Source of the DNA: Octopus vulgaris
Taxonomy: Eukaryota
NCBI GenBank assembly: GCA_951406725.2
Contig: OX597822.1
Span: forward strand, 104,408,001 to 104,472,000
Length of the DNA stretch: 64,000 nt
Reading direction: 5' to 3'
The notes beneath the pieces were generated by a model. The model saw only the letters and a program-made list of their open reading frames with translations, did no database searches and was not told the DNA's origin. How positions within the stretch are numbered: position 1 is the first letter of the stretch; each line of letters begins with the position of its first letter. Made by a program: the position numbers and the translations under genes. Shown one piece after another: positions 53,660 through 64,000 of this stretch.

Positions 53660-54915
53660 TTAATTATTATAAATATTCTAGCACTGAAGAGGGGGCCAGT
53701 TTTCAACAAAGATACAAGGCTCAATCTTTGGGATAAAGTTAACAAACAAATTCACAGTTGGAATTTGGGAAAAGTCTTACAATTTTTTACTGTTCCAGTG
53801 ACAGATTGCACTTGTAATGTACGAATTATCTGGTCAGTTTCTCTTCCTGAAAATCCCAGTTTATCCAGATTCTCCTTTAAGTATTTACTAACAAAACCAA
53901 AGTGCTCCAATTATTGTTGGTGTGAATATGAATTCATAGTCTGGATATTGAAGATGGAGATTTCAAAGCAGTTGTCCATAAATATTCTCACTTTCTTTGA
54001 TTTTCAAAGAGATATTTATATCTGTCGGGCAGCTGACCTCTATGATGGTACATACCTTTGCCCCTCTGTCCCAAACAACAATATCCGGCCTGCTATGTTT
54101 ACATTTGACAGAGATTTTGATGGGAATATTTTGGCTCATTCTCAGGCGGTTTGGAAGGATCGCGAACCAGTTGATTTGTTTATTTTTTACAAAAGCTCTT
54201 CGTTGTCAGAGTTGTTTCACTTTGATACTATTTAAGTTGGGATGAGATTCGTCCCAGTATTGTTTAAACCGCTTCATGTATCCAATTGAAAGGGCATCTC
54301 GGGCCTTTTCATAGCACCGAAGTAAATCTTGGTTTAGTTGTTGAGTCCAAGTAAAATGAGAAGAGTGGTGGTGGAAGCACTCCGTCGGTTACGACGACGA
54401 GGGTTCCGGTTGATGCGAATCAACGGAACAGCCTGCTCGTGAAATTTACGTGTAAGTGGCTGAGCACTCCACTGACACATGTACCCTTAACGTAGTTCTC
54501 GGGGATATTCAGCGTGACACAGAGAGTGACAAGGCTGGCCCTTTGAAATACAGGTACAACAGAAACAGGAACTAAGAGTGAGAGAAAGTTGTGGTGAAAG
54601 AGTACAGCAGGGATCACCACCATCCCTGCCGGAGCCTCGTGGAGCTTTAGGTGTTTTCGCTCAATAAACACTCACAACGCCCGGTCTGGGAATCGAAACC
54701 GCGATCCTACGACCGCGAGTCCGCTGCCATAAATAACTTACTGGTGAAGTAGTTCTGTTTCCATCGGTGGTAACGTCGTCAGTTTCATCCGTAGTTACGT
54801 TAGTTTAAGCCATAATTGTGTTAGCGAGATACTACGTGGTGTAGATGTATATTTTAAAATCTGTTTAGGATAACGCTACGTTGTTGAGTAAAATGTGTTT
54901 CTCTTATTAATTATT
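53660..54915 (-). mobile_element. Internally deleted R4/Dong-like element (N-terminal domain joined to RLE, no RT), interrupted by SINE C
   Basis: WTQQLNQDLLRCYEKAR..GYMKRFKQYWDE closely followed by KHSRPDIVVWD..IIEVSCP..IIGAL..NLDKLGF..GTVKNCKTF; TAA-like 3' end; 5' boundary approximate. Confidence 0.72.
54372..54730 (-). mobile_element. SINE family C
   Basis: Reverse complement of the array unit, with intact TCGCGGTCGTAGGATCGCGGT head. Confidence 0.9.
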
Positions 54916-55062
54916 GGAGAAATAAAACAGTTACAGATTTAAGGTGGAGAAGTCAGCCTATTTCTTGAGGAAGGCATTCAAAACGGACTTTTTAAACGAC
55001 CCCTACACCTGCATGTCCAATGTTGAAGGTGCCAAATGTCATATGTATGTATGTATGCATGT

Positions 55063-55212
55063 ATAAATTAAGAAAATTGAGGGAGTCAAAATTTTGCCGC
55101 TTTCGTCGCGTGACAGAGATTCAATCATTCCTGATGAATCTCTGAAACGAAATGAAAGCGCTAAATAAATAATTATACAAAATTCTCACAACTTCCTTTT
55201 CCTTAATATATA
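55063..55212. mobile_element. Head-to-head fold-back element with a decayed hammerhead (55127-55167) and its inverted copy
   Basis: CTGATGA-ATCTC..GAAAT-GAAA-GCGC-TA on +; TGATTGAATCTCTG..GACGAAAGCGG on -. Confidence 0.55.
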
Positions 55213-55280
55213 AAACCTGAATACTACTTCAAAACCACACACCCACACATACACGCACACAAACACATTGCATATATATC

Positions 55281-55336
<56 letters not shown>

Positions 55337-55342
<6 letters not shown>

Positions 55343-55567
55343 TATAATAAATTAGAGATAAAACCACTATTAGGCAAATAAAACAATGAAAAACATAAGC
55401 CAATACATAAAATTTATTTAATTTATATTATTTTAAATATATATCAAAAGTATTGAAGTTTAATAAAAGATAAAGAGTAAAACACTATAATATATTTATA
55501 CTATAAAATTGGATTTAATCCTAAATCTGATTTTTCCCTGTAAGTTTGGATTTATTCCCTAATATTT

Positions 55568-55572
<5 letters not shown>
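55337..55572. other. AT-rich ~235-bp insert between two (TA)n runs
   Basis: Bracketed by pure TA runs like the H-family elements; no ribozyme core seen. Confidence 0.35.
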
Positions 55573-55625
<53 letters not shown>

Positions 55626-56239
55626 TAGAAGCATTGATCGAGGAGTACCTTTCAAGAGGCTTTCGCTGACAGCGCAACATTAGTTAGTATATAACTCAGC
55701 TCGTGTTGCCTATTTCAAGCACAAATTCTTTGTTTTAACACGCCAGTACGTCTCTATTGGTGTAGTTAGATTAATTTTATCTTCTTCTTGAGTCAACGTC
55801 GAGCTTAACTCGTTTAATATTCCAGTATAAGTAAAATTTACCAAGTATTTCTGCCCATGTATAATTTTCTTTCTTCGTTATGTGATTCCAGCGAATCTAA
55901 AATTTTGTTTATGGAGATTGTAAACCAAGCTGTATGTATGGATTAAGTGCGTCTCGGAATTTTAGTTTTTCATCGTTTACCAAGTAATTTCATTGAAATG
56001 CAGAAAAAAAGAAATCGATTTGGAATAAACGCCGAAGAAACGCTCACACTAATTTCCTCAAGAGTCTAAAGAGAAATTATATCCAATTGTAGTGTTTGTG
56101 TTATTTTTACATTTTCTCTTTGATATTTATATGTACGTGTGCGCATGTGTGTGTATGTGTGCCTCTGTGTCTCTGTGAATGTATATGCAAGTATTTATGT
56201 TTGTAAGTCTGCCTTTATCTACACACGCTCGCATACACA

Positions 56240-56895
<656 letters not shown>

Positions 56896-57504
56896 GTTGT
56901 TGCTGCATATATATGAAATAAAATTACTGTTATTTAAAGTAATCAGAAGCCGATACGTTTTTAATATAATATTCCGTACTTATAGATTTTGCAAATCTAA
57001 GCTGGAGATTACTGAAGAATTTCTCGAACCAATTGTAAGAACGACGGCTCCAGATAAAAGAAAGCAGTTAGTTAAGCATTAGATTTCCATGATGAAGTAC
57101 TACTTTGATAAAAGTGTGGTCACGTGCTAATAACCACATATATATTATTTCGTAGCGTTTTTTTTTTCTATCGCAAACATTACTGATCAACTGATTTAGA
57201 AAATCCCTATATTTTATAAGTATGGCAGCCATATTTGTAACGTACAATTGTTTTAATGTTTTTATAATTTGTGTAATCTAAATAAGGATTTTCCCGGTGT
57301 TTCTTTTCATTTTATACAAAAACAGAAATTATTTAGGTTGTAGAAACAGTTGTATGCTTGATGAAATTCTAAGTAGAATTTTCTTTCGATCAAATCGTTC
57401 TAAGTACAAGTAGAATTTATCGTTCCTGCGGGGTCAACAGAATAAGTACCAGAAATGCAAATAGATACTTGTACATACATGGGAACAAGAACTAATGTGT
57501 GTTT

Positions 57505-58285
57505 GAGAAGCTCACATCGAATCACGTGGTTTTGGGATTAGTCCTTCTGTGCGGTCCCTTGTGTAAATATGTCCTACTATAGCTCTAGGCAGACCAATGG
57601 TTTGTGAATGAATTTGGTAGAGAGAAATAATGTGGAAGCCCGTATGTGCATACTTGTATGTACGTACGCGTGTATGAATGTATGTATGCATGTATGTATG
57701 TATGTGTGTTTGTATGTATGTATGTTTGTATGTATGTATGTATGTATGTATTTGTAAATGTATGTATGTGTGTATGTATGTATGTATGTATGTATGTATG
57801 TATGTATATATGTATGTATGTGTGTATGTATGTGTGTATGTATGTGTATATATATGTATGTGAGTATGTATGTAGGTATCCATATATATGTGTATGTATG
57901 TATATGTCTGTTTCCGTGTATGTATGTCGTTCTTCAGTTTATTTCAAGATTTCTTGTCAATGGAGAAAGAACCGGTTTCTAACCTAGATCCAAGGCTCCT
58001 TCATTGGAATTTCAACATCAACAACAGGGTATTTTTGTTATGCATGTATGTATGAACATATGTATGCATACATACATGTATAGATCTATGGATGTATTTC
58101 TCTCTCTCTCTCTCTCTCTCTCCCTACATATGTATCTAAATACGAGTGTGTATGCGTTTGTGTTTGTTCACACCCACCGTAGCTTAGTCATTCGGCAACA
58201 ACAAAACCCTATAATGTAAGTAACAGACTTTAAAAAAATGTTTTGGGTTCGATTTGATAGCCTAAACCCTCCAAAGTTGTGTTTA
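57505..58285 (+). mobile_element. Old SINE family B with an expanded internal (TATG)n tract
   Basis: Degenerate family B head and tail around the microsatellite. Confidence 0.6.
57927..58038 (-). mobile_element. 3' UTR of the TATG-associated R4/Dong-like family
   Basis: Matches 49900-50010 (TTTCTAACCTAGATCCAAGG..TTCAACATCAAC..GGGTATTTTTG); TATG on both sides. Confidence 0.78.
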
Positions 58286-58549
58286 CTGAAACAAGTAAAA
58301 AAAAGTCATGCCATTAAATTCTATTAATCCACAATTCGTGGAAATTCGATAAATATACTTTGAACAAGAATTAGTATTTTGTACGTATCTCTCAAGCTTG
58401 CCAAATACTGTAACTTTGCTGAGAGTGCGTACATACATTTTTGTGATTCTATGCTAAATTCTATTAGATTTAGGCGTTAAGCTACCAGTTTTTGTTAGAT
58501 GCGGAAGGAGCCCATACAATCTATCTCAGTACTTAACAACTCTCTCCCT

Positions 58550-59027
58550 CTCTTTACTCTTTTACTTGTTTCAGTCATTTGACTGTGGCCATGCTGGAGC
58601 ACCGCCTTTAGTCAAGCAAATCGACCACAGGACTTATTCTTTGTAAGCCTAGTACTTATTCTATCGGTCTCTTTTGCTGAACCGCTAAGTTACGGGGACA
58701 TAAACACACCAGCATCGGTTGTCAAGCGATGTTGGGGGGACAAACACAGACACACAAACATATACACACAAACATACATACATACCTACATACATACATA
58801 CATACATACATACACACATACATATGTATATATATATATATATATACATATATACATATATACGACGGGCTTCTTTCAGTTTCCGTCTACCAAGTCCACT
58901 CACAAGGATTTGGTCGCCCCGAGACTATAGTAGAAGACACTTGCCCAAGGTGCCACGCAGTGAGACTGAACCTGGAACCATGTGGTTGGTAAGCAAGCTA
59001 CTTACCACACAGCCACTCCTACGCCTA
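58550..59027 (-). mobile_element. SINE family B, full length
   Basis: Complete head, internal microsatellite and GAGTAAA-repeat tail. Confidence 0.92.
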
Positions 59028-59535
59028 TGTACCAGTACATCACTAGTACTTTCATCCCTCCAGGAAGAAATGCAAAGTCAACATGAGCAGGATTTGAATG
59101 GAGAACATAAAGAGCTGGAACAAATATCCGAAAATTTTTTTTCCGACACTGTAACAATTTTGCCAGCTCGCCGCGTTTTATGTCTCTCTGTTTCACACGT
59201 TGCTTTAGTTGAAGTAGGATGTGTGCTTATCACAAAGTTATTGCTAAACCTGTTTGCCAAAAATGTCCTTAAACATTTCTACAAAGAATTTATGTCACAT
59301 GAAGATTGATTGCTATGCATTCAGTGTAGAACTCGACATTGATTTAATAGCGGCATTTATTTTATCAGAAGTTTGACCAATGAAAAGCAAATTTATCCTC
59401 GACAAATATGAAAACTAGCAATACTAAATACGAAGAATAAAAGAAAAAAAAAACACTAAATGCATAATCATTAGTTCCACAAAATATATTTAGTTTCGCT
59501 TATGACACTTGGGGAAGGAAAACATTTATATCATA

Positions 59536-60505
59536 GGCGGCGAGCTGGCAGAAACGTTAGCACGCCGGGCGAAATGCGTAGTCGTATATCGTCGTCCGTT
59601 ACGTTCTGAGTTCAAATTCCGCCGAGGTCGACTTTGCCTTTCATCCTTTCGGGGTCGATAAATTAAGTACCAGTTACGCACTGGGGTCGATGTAATCGAC
59701 TTAATCCGTTTGTCTGTCCTTGTTTATCCTCTCTGTGTTTAGCCCATTGTGGGTAGTAAAGAAATAGGTATTTCGTCCGCCGCTACGTTCTGAGTTCAAA
59801 TTCCACCGAGGTCGACTTTGCCTTTCATCCTTTCGCGGTCGATAAATTAAGTACCAGTAACGCACTGGGGGTCGATGTAATCGACTTAATCCCTTTGTCT
59901 GTCCTTGTTTATCCTCTCTAATCGTTTAGCCCCTTATTGGTAGAAAGAAATAGGTATTTCGTCGTCCGCTTACGTTCTGAGTTCAAATTCCGCCGAGGTC
60001 GACTTTGCCTTTCGTCCTTTCGGGGTCGATAAATTAAGTACCAGTTACACACTGGGGTCGATGTAATCGACTTAATCCCTTTGTCTGTCCTTGTTTGTCC
60101 TCTCTATGTTTAGCCCCTTATTGGTAGTAAAGAAATAGGTATTTCGTCTGCCGCTACGTTCTGAGTTCAAATTCCGCCGAGGTCGACTTTGCCTTTCATC
60201 CTTTCGGGGTCGATAAATTAAGTACCAGTTATGCACTGGGGTCGATGTAATCGACTTAATCCCTTTGTCTGTCCTTGTTTATCCTCTCTATGTTTAGCCC
60301 CTTATTGGGTAGTAAAGAAATAAGTATTTCGTCTGCCGCTACGTTCTGAGTTCAAATTCCGCCGAGGTCGACTTTGCCTTTCATCCTTTCGGGATCGATA
60401 AATTAAGTACCAGTTACGCACTGGGGTCGATGTAATCGACTTAATCCCTTTGTCTGTCCTTGTTTGTCCTCTCTGTGTTTAGGCTCTTGAGGGTAGTAAA
60501 GTAAT
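59536..60505 (+). mobile_element. SINE family A pentamer (one head, five ~185-bp bodies)
   Basis: 20-bp TSD aggaaaacatttatatcata at 59516-59535 and 60506-60525. Confidence 0.95.
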
Positions 60506-60602
60506 AGGAAAACATTTATATCATAACTTTTGTATCTTGGCCCTTCCCTACCAGCCTCGGAGATTTTGAAGCATGCAGTTCATACTTTGGTACAAAACTA
60601 AA

Positions 60603-60969
60603 TGGAAGCCCTCCGTCGGTTACGACGACGAGGGTTCCGGTTGATCCGAATCAACGGAACAGCCTGCTCGTGAAATTAACGTGTAAGTGGCTGAGCACTC
60701 CACAGACACGTGCACCCTTAACGTAGTTCTCGGGGATATTCAGCGTGACACAGAGAGTGACAAGGCCGGTCCTTTGAAATACAGGTACAACAGAAACAGG
60801 AAGTAAGAGTGAGAGAAAGTTGTGGTGAAAGAGTACAGCAGGGATCACCACCATCCCCTGCCGGAGCCTCGTGGAGCTTTTTTTTAGGTGTTTTCGCTCA
60901 ATAAACACTCACAACGCCCGGTCTGGGAATTGAAACCGCGATCGTACGACCACGAGTCCGCTGCCCTAA
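60603..60969 (-). mobile_element. SINE family C
   Basis: Matches 54372-54730. Confidence 0.9.
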
Positions 60970-61201
60970 AGGTAGATTCGGTAGATTCAATTGAATTGGT
61001 TAATTTACACAAATACTGTACATTGTCGAATCCAGAGAAGTAAAACCGAGAGCTGACCTCGACAGGAATGAATTATACACGTAGGGGCACGTTTCTAAGT
61101 ACTGCGAAGCCATAATGATATTTAGATCGGCGCTGATTCGCAATATTTACTGTATATTGCAAAATAAAAACTATTATATTGAACTGTCCCTGAATGTTAG
61201 A

Positions 61202-61619
61202 CTCTTTACTCTATTACTCTTTTACTTGTTTCAGTCATTTGACTGCGGCCATGCTGGAGCACCGCCTTTAATCGAGCAACTCGACCCCGGGACTTATTCT
61301 TTTGTAAGCCCAGTATTTATTATATCGGTCTCTTTTGCCGAACCGCTAAGTAACGGGAACATAAACACACCAGCATCGGTTGTCAAGCAATGCTAGGGGG
61401 ATAAACACAGACACACAAACACACACTCGCATATATATAAATATACATATATACGACAGGCTTCTTTCAGTTTCCGTCTACCAAATCCACTCACAAGGCT
61501 TTGGTCGGCCCGAGGCTATATAGTAGAAGACACTTGCCCAAGGTGCCACGCAGTGGGACCGAACCCGGAACCATGTGGTTGGTAGACAAGCTACTTACCA
61601 CACAGCCACTCCTGCGCCT
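61202..61619 (-). mobile_element. SINE family B, full length
   Basis: Matches 58550-59027. Confidence 0.92.
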
Positions 61620-61628
61620 AAAAAGTGT

Positions 61629-61708
61629 TGGGGGCCGGCTATGAGACTCGAACTCCCACCTCCGCCATTACGCGTCGCAGTGCTCTGAACCACTCAGCTA
61701 AACCGCCC
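61629..61708 (-). pseudogene. tRNA-like sequence (Thr-CGT-like), degenerate, ending in CCA
   Basis: GGGCGGTTTAGCTGAGTGGTTCAGAGCA-CTGCGA-CGCGTAA-TGGCGG-AGGT-GGGAGTTCGAGTCTCAT-AGCCGGCCCCCA: A/B boxes and a cloverleaf with mismatches. Confidence 0.55.
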
Positions 61709-62563
61709 AAAATATCAATACTTTTTAACCAACACTTGTTGTAATTGACAAATCTAAACACGTTTTTGTATACGATATTTTCTAGGAGAGAAAATAAAAA
61801 ATGGGATGAGCTGGACATCACATCTGTGTATGAATTTCATTTGCGACGAGTCTTTGAACTGCTCCTGGAGATACCACTTATAACCGCACTATTATTAACG
61901 GTAATGTATGTAAATAGGATTGACCAATTTGCATATATAATGCATTCTTATCTTAACAGCTAGTTCAACCAATGACTCAATCAATAAATCAACAGTGATT
62001 TAATGTCATTTCATGACTGATGCTATGTAATAGAAATAGACGAGAATATCAGAATATTCCCGAAATCTATGAACATTTTGGATGACCTTTTATCAAAATA
62101 AGTATGGCAATTTTATCCAACGTAGTGAAAGAATTTTAACTCCTAATATGAAGCAAGAACGTTATTAAATTAACAAAATACGCCAGTCTATCCATCATTA
62201 TATCTATATAGTTTAGTTAAAAATCACTTCCTAGCCGTTGTGTCATAAAGCAATTTGAGATGCAATTAAGGTTGTGAAAAGTCTGAGGCATCCCATCATG
62301 ATGTTTATTGTTCGTGTAGATAAAAATCACTTGCTCTGCTCAAAGAAAAGCAATGAAAACTCTTTTATACACACGTCTGTATCGTTTAAAGTTTGACGAC
62401 TGTAGAATAGCTATATAGTGCAACTATATAGCTATATAGTGCAACTATATAGCATGATTGATTATCTCCCAGCATTATATACTCTTCTGTTTAGAAACAT
62501 ATTTTGAAGCTGCTAATTCGACAAGTTTCATTAAACAGAATTAGCGATATTTTAAACAGAATT

Positions 62564-62990
62564 GGCGGTGAGCTGGCAGAAACGTTAGCACGCCGGGCGA
62601 AATGCTTAGCGGCATTTAGTCTGCCGCTACGTTCTGAGTTCAAATTCCGCCGAGGCCGACTTTGCCTTTCGTCCTTTCGGGGTCGATTAAATAAGTACCA
62701 GTTACTCACTGGGGTCGATGTAATCGACTTAATCCGTTTATCTTCTCTTGTTTGTCCCCTCTATGTTTAGCTCCTTGTGGGTAGTAAAGAAATAAGTATT
62801 TCGTCTGCCGCTACGTTCTGAGTTCAAATTCCGCCGAGGCCGACTTTGCGCTTCATCCTTTCGGAGTCGATTATATAAGTACCAGCTACGCACTGAGGCC
62901 GATATAATCGACTTAATCCGTTTGTCTGTCCTTGTTTGTCCCCTCTGTGTTTAGCCCCTTGTGGGCTGTAAAGAAATAAAAGAAATAAGA
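62564..62990 (+). mobile_element. SINE family A dimer
   Basis: Head plus two bodies with the usual AAATAAGT|ATTTCGTC junction. Confidence 0.9.
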
Positions 62991-64000
62991 ACTGACGATA
63001 CTTTTAGATGCGCAATATTGTATTGTGTTAGCACGAATTTGAAGATTATAATCTAAAGTGTTCAAATTTCCCATTTCAAGGGGGAGAAAAGTCATAGCAG
63101 AGAAGGAAATGCTAAATGAAAATACTTAAATGCTGGTAATGCTATGTCATTAAAACACCCCTTATACCTGGATTGTCAAAAGATATTAATATTTAGAACA
63201 GAAGGGACTTTGGTGACTGAAATATTACGATGCCGAGCTAAATACAACTCCAGCGCCAATGTATTCAGTGTTCTAGCCCTCGCCTCCAGTAAGTACCCAT
63301 TTCGCTTTTCAGCGCTTAGCTTTCGCACTAGAGTGACCAACCTCTTCGCCTTTTCATCACGCTAGATCGGCTGTGGAATGTAAGCTGTCTTCGTCTCTGT
63401 AGAGCTAATTTAAAGCGTCTTTATTGAGTTCTAGACCAACACTACATGTGCACACCTCTTTACTTTTGAACGCTACAGCCTGGCCCCGCAATATGCGTCA
63501 TTTTCACCTCTACAGATCTGTAGACAAACCCTACAAGCGCTTCTTTATCTTTTCAGTACTTTACACCAGCACAGTAATACGCACCTTCTTCGTTTTTCAG
63601 ATCTCTAGACAAGTAGTACAATGTCCATCCTCTTCACCTTTACAGTTCTTTAAGCTATCCCAATAACGTGCGCCAGCTTCGCCTTTTCCGCGATATAAGC
63701 CAGCATCACAATGCACGTCCTAGATAATATTTAACGGAAAAAGGAAAGCAGACAATAAAAAAATTTCAATCATGAACTTCGTTCTTACTTTACTTTCAGT
63801 TCAACAAACATATAAAGAAATAAAGCTATTTCAACTTAGAATATGACAGATTGAGGAGCCGAAATTTTAACATTCCTTGTTCTAATCACACTTAGAAAAT
63901 TAGCGAGCTTGCATTTTCCACTCCAAAGTCGATACTCGCTCTCACCAAATTATGTGATAGTTTATAACCCCAAACGATTGTCTCGTTTCCGTTACTGCCC

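Noticed and set aside
53636-54235. 199-aa plus-strand ORF
   Set aside because: Antisense shadow of the minus-strand RLE coding remnant
57005-57045. CTGAAGA..GAAC-CAATTG-TA hammerhead-like string
   Set aside because: GAAA is mutated and stems I and II are absent; at best a relic
58719-59309. 196-aa ORF
   Set aside because: Reads through an antisense SINE B, a microsatellite and a decayed SINE A
62408-62452. Tandem 22-bp palindromic duplication (GCTATATAGTGCAACTATATAG)
   Set aside because: Simple local slippage in TA-rich DNA
63270-63715. Higher-GC tract possibly from an L1/Tx1-like element
   Set aside because: Too degenerate for a recognisable motif

Overview
AT-rich, microsatellite-saturated animal DNA with no intact protein-coding gene. 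Nearly all listed ORFs are translations of (TA)n, (CATA)n, (CA)n, (GA)n, (TCTA)n or (CTA)n tracts. The repeat families resemble those I associate with Octopus (cephalopod) genomes; this is inference from recognition, not a search. The window holds at least four tRNA-derived SINE families (many with TSDs, some as head-plus-tandem-body multimers), decayed mariner/Tc1 transposases, R4/Dong-type RLE retrotransposon fragments (one set embedded in TATG repeats, one internally deleted), a CR1/L2-like LINE 3' end whose tail is shared with a SINE, non-autonomous Helitrons, a MITE, a 434-bp SINE-derived tandem array, a 190-bp 18S rRNA fragment and a tRNA-like sequence. The most interesting signal is about a dozen hammerhead-ribozyme-like motifs (CUGANGA...GAAA-palindrome-UH, including core variants) from at least seven unrelated short elements. 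Most sit in or beside (TA)n runs and several fold back as palindromes, which suggests a diverse Penelope-like/retrozyme-like non-autonomous system. A weak two-exon minus-strand ORF near 25.3-25.5 kb is the only host-gene candidate.
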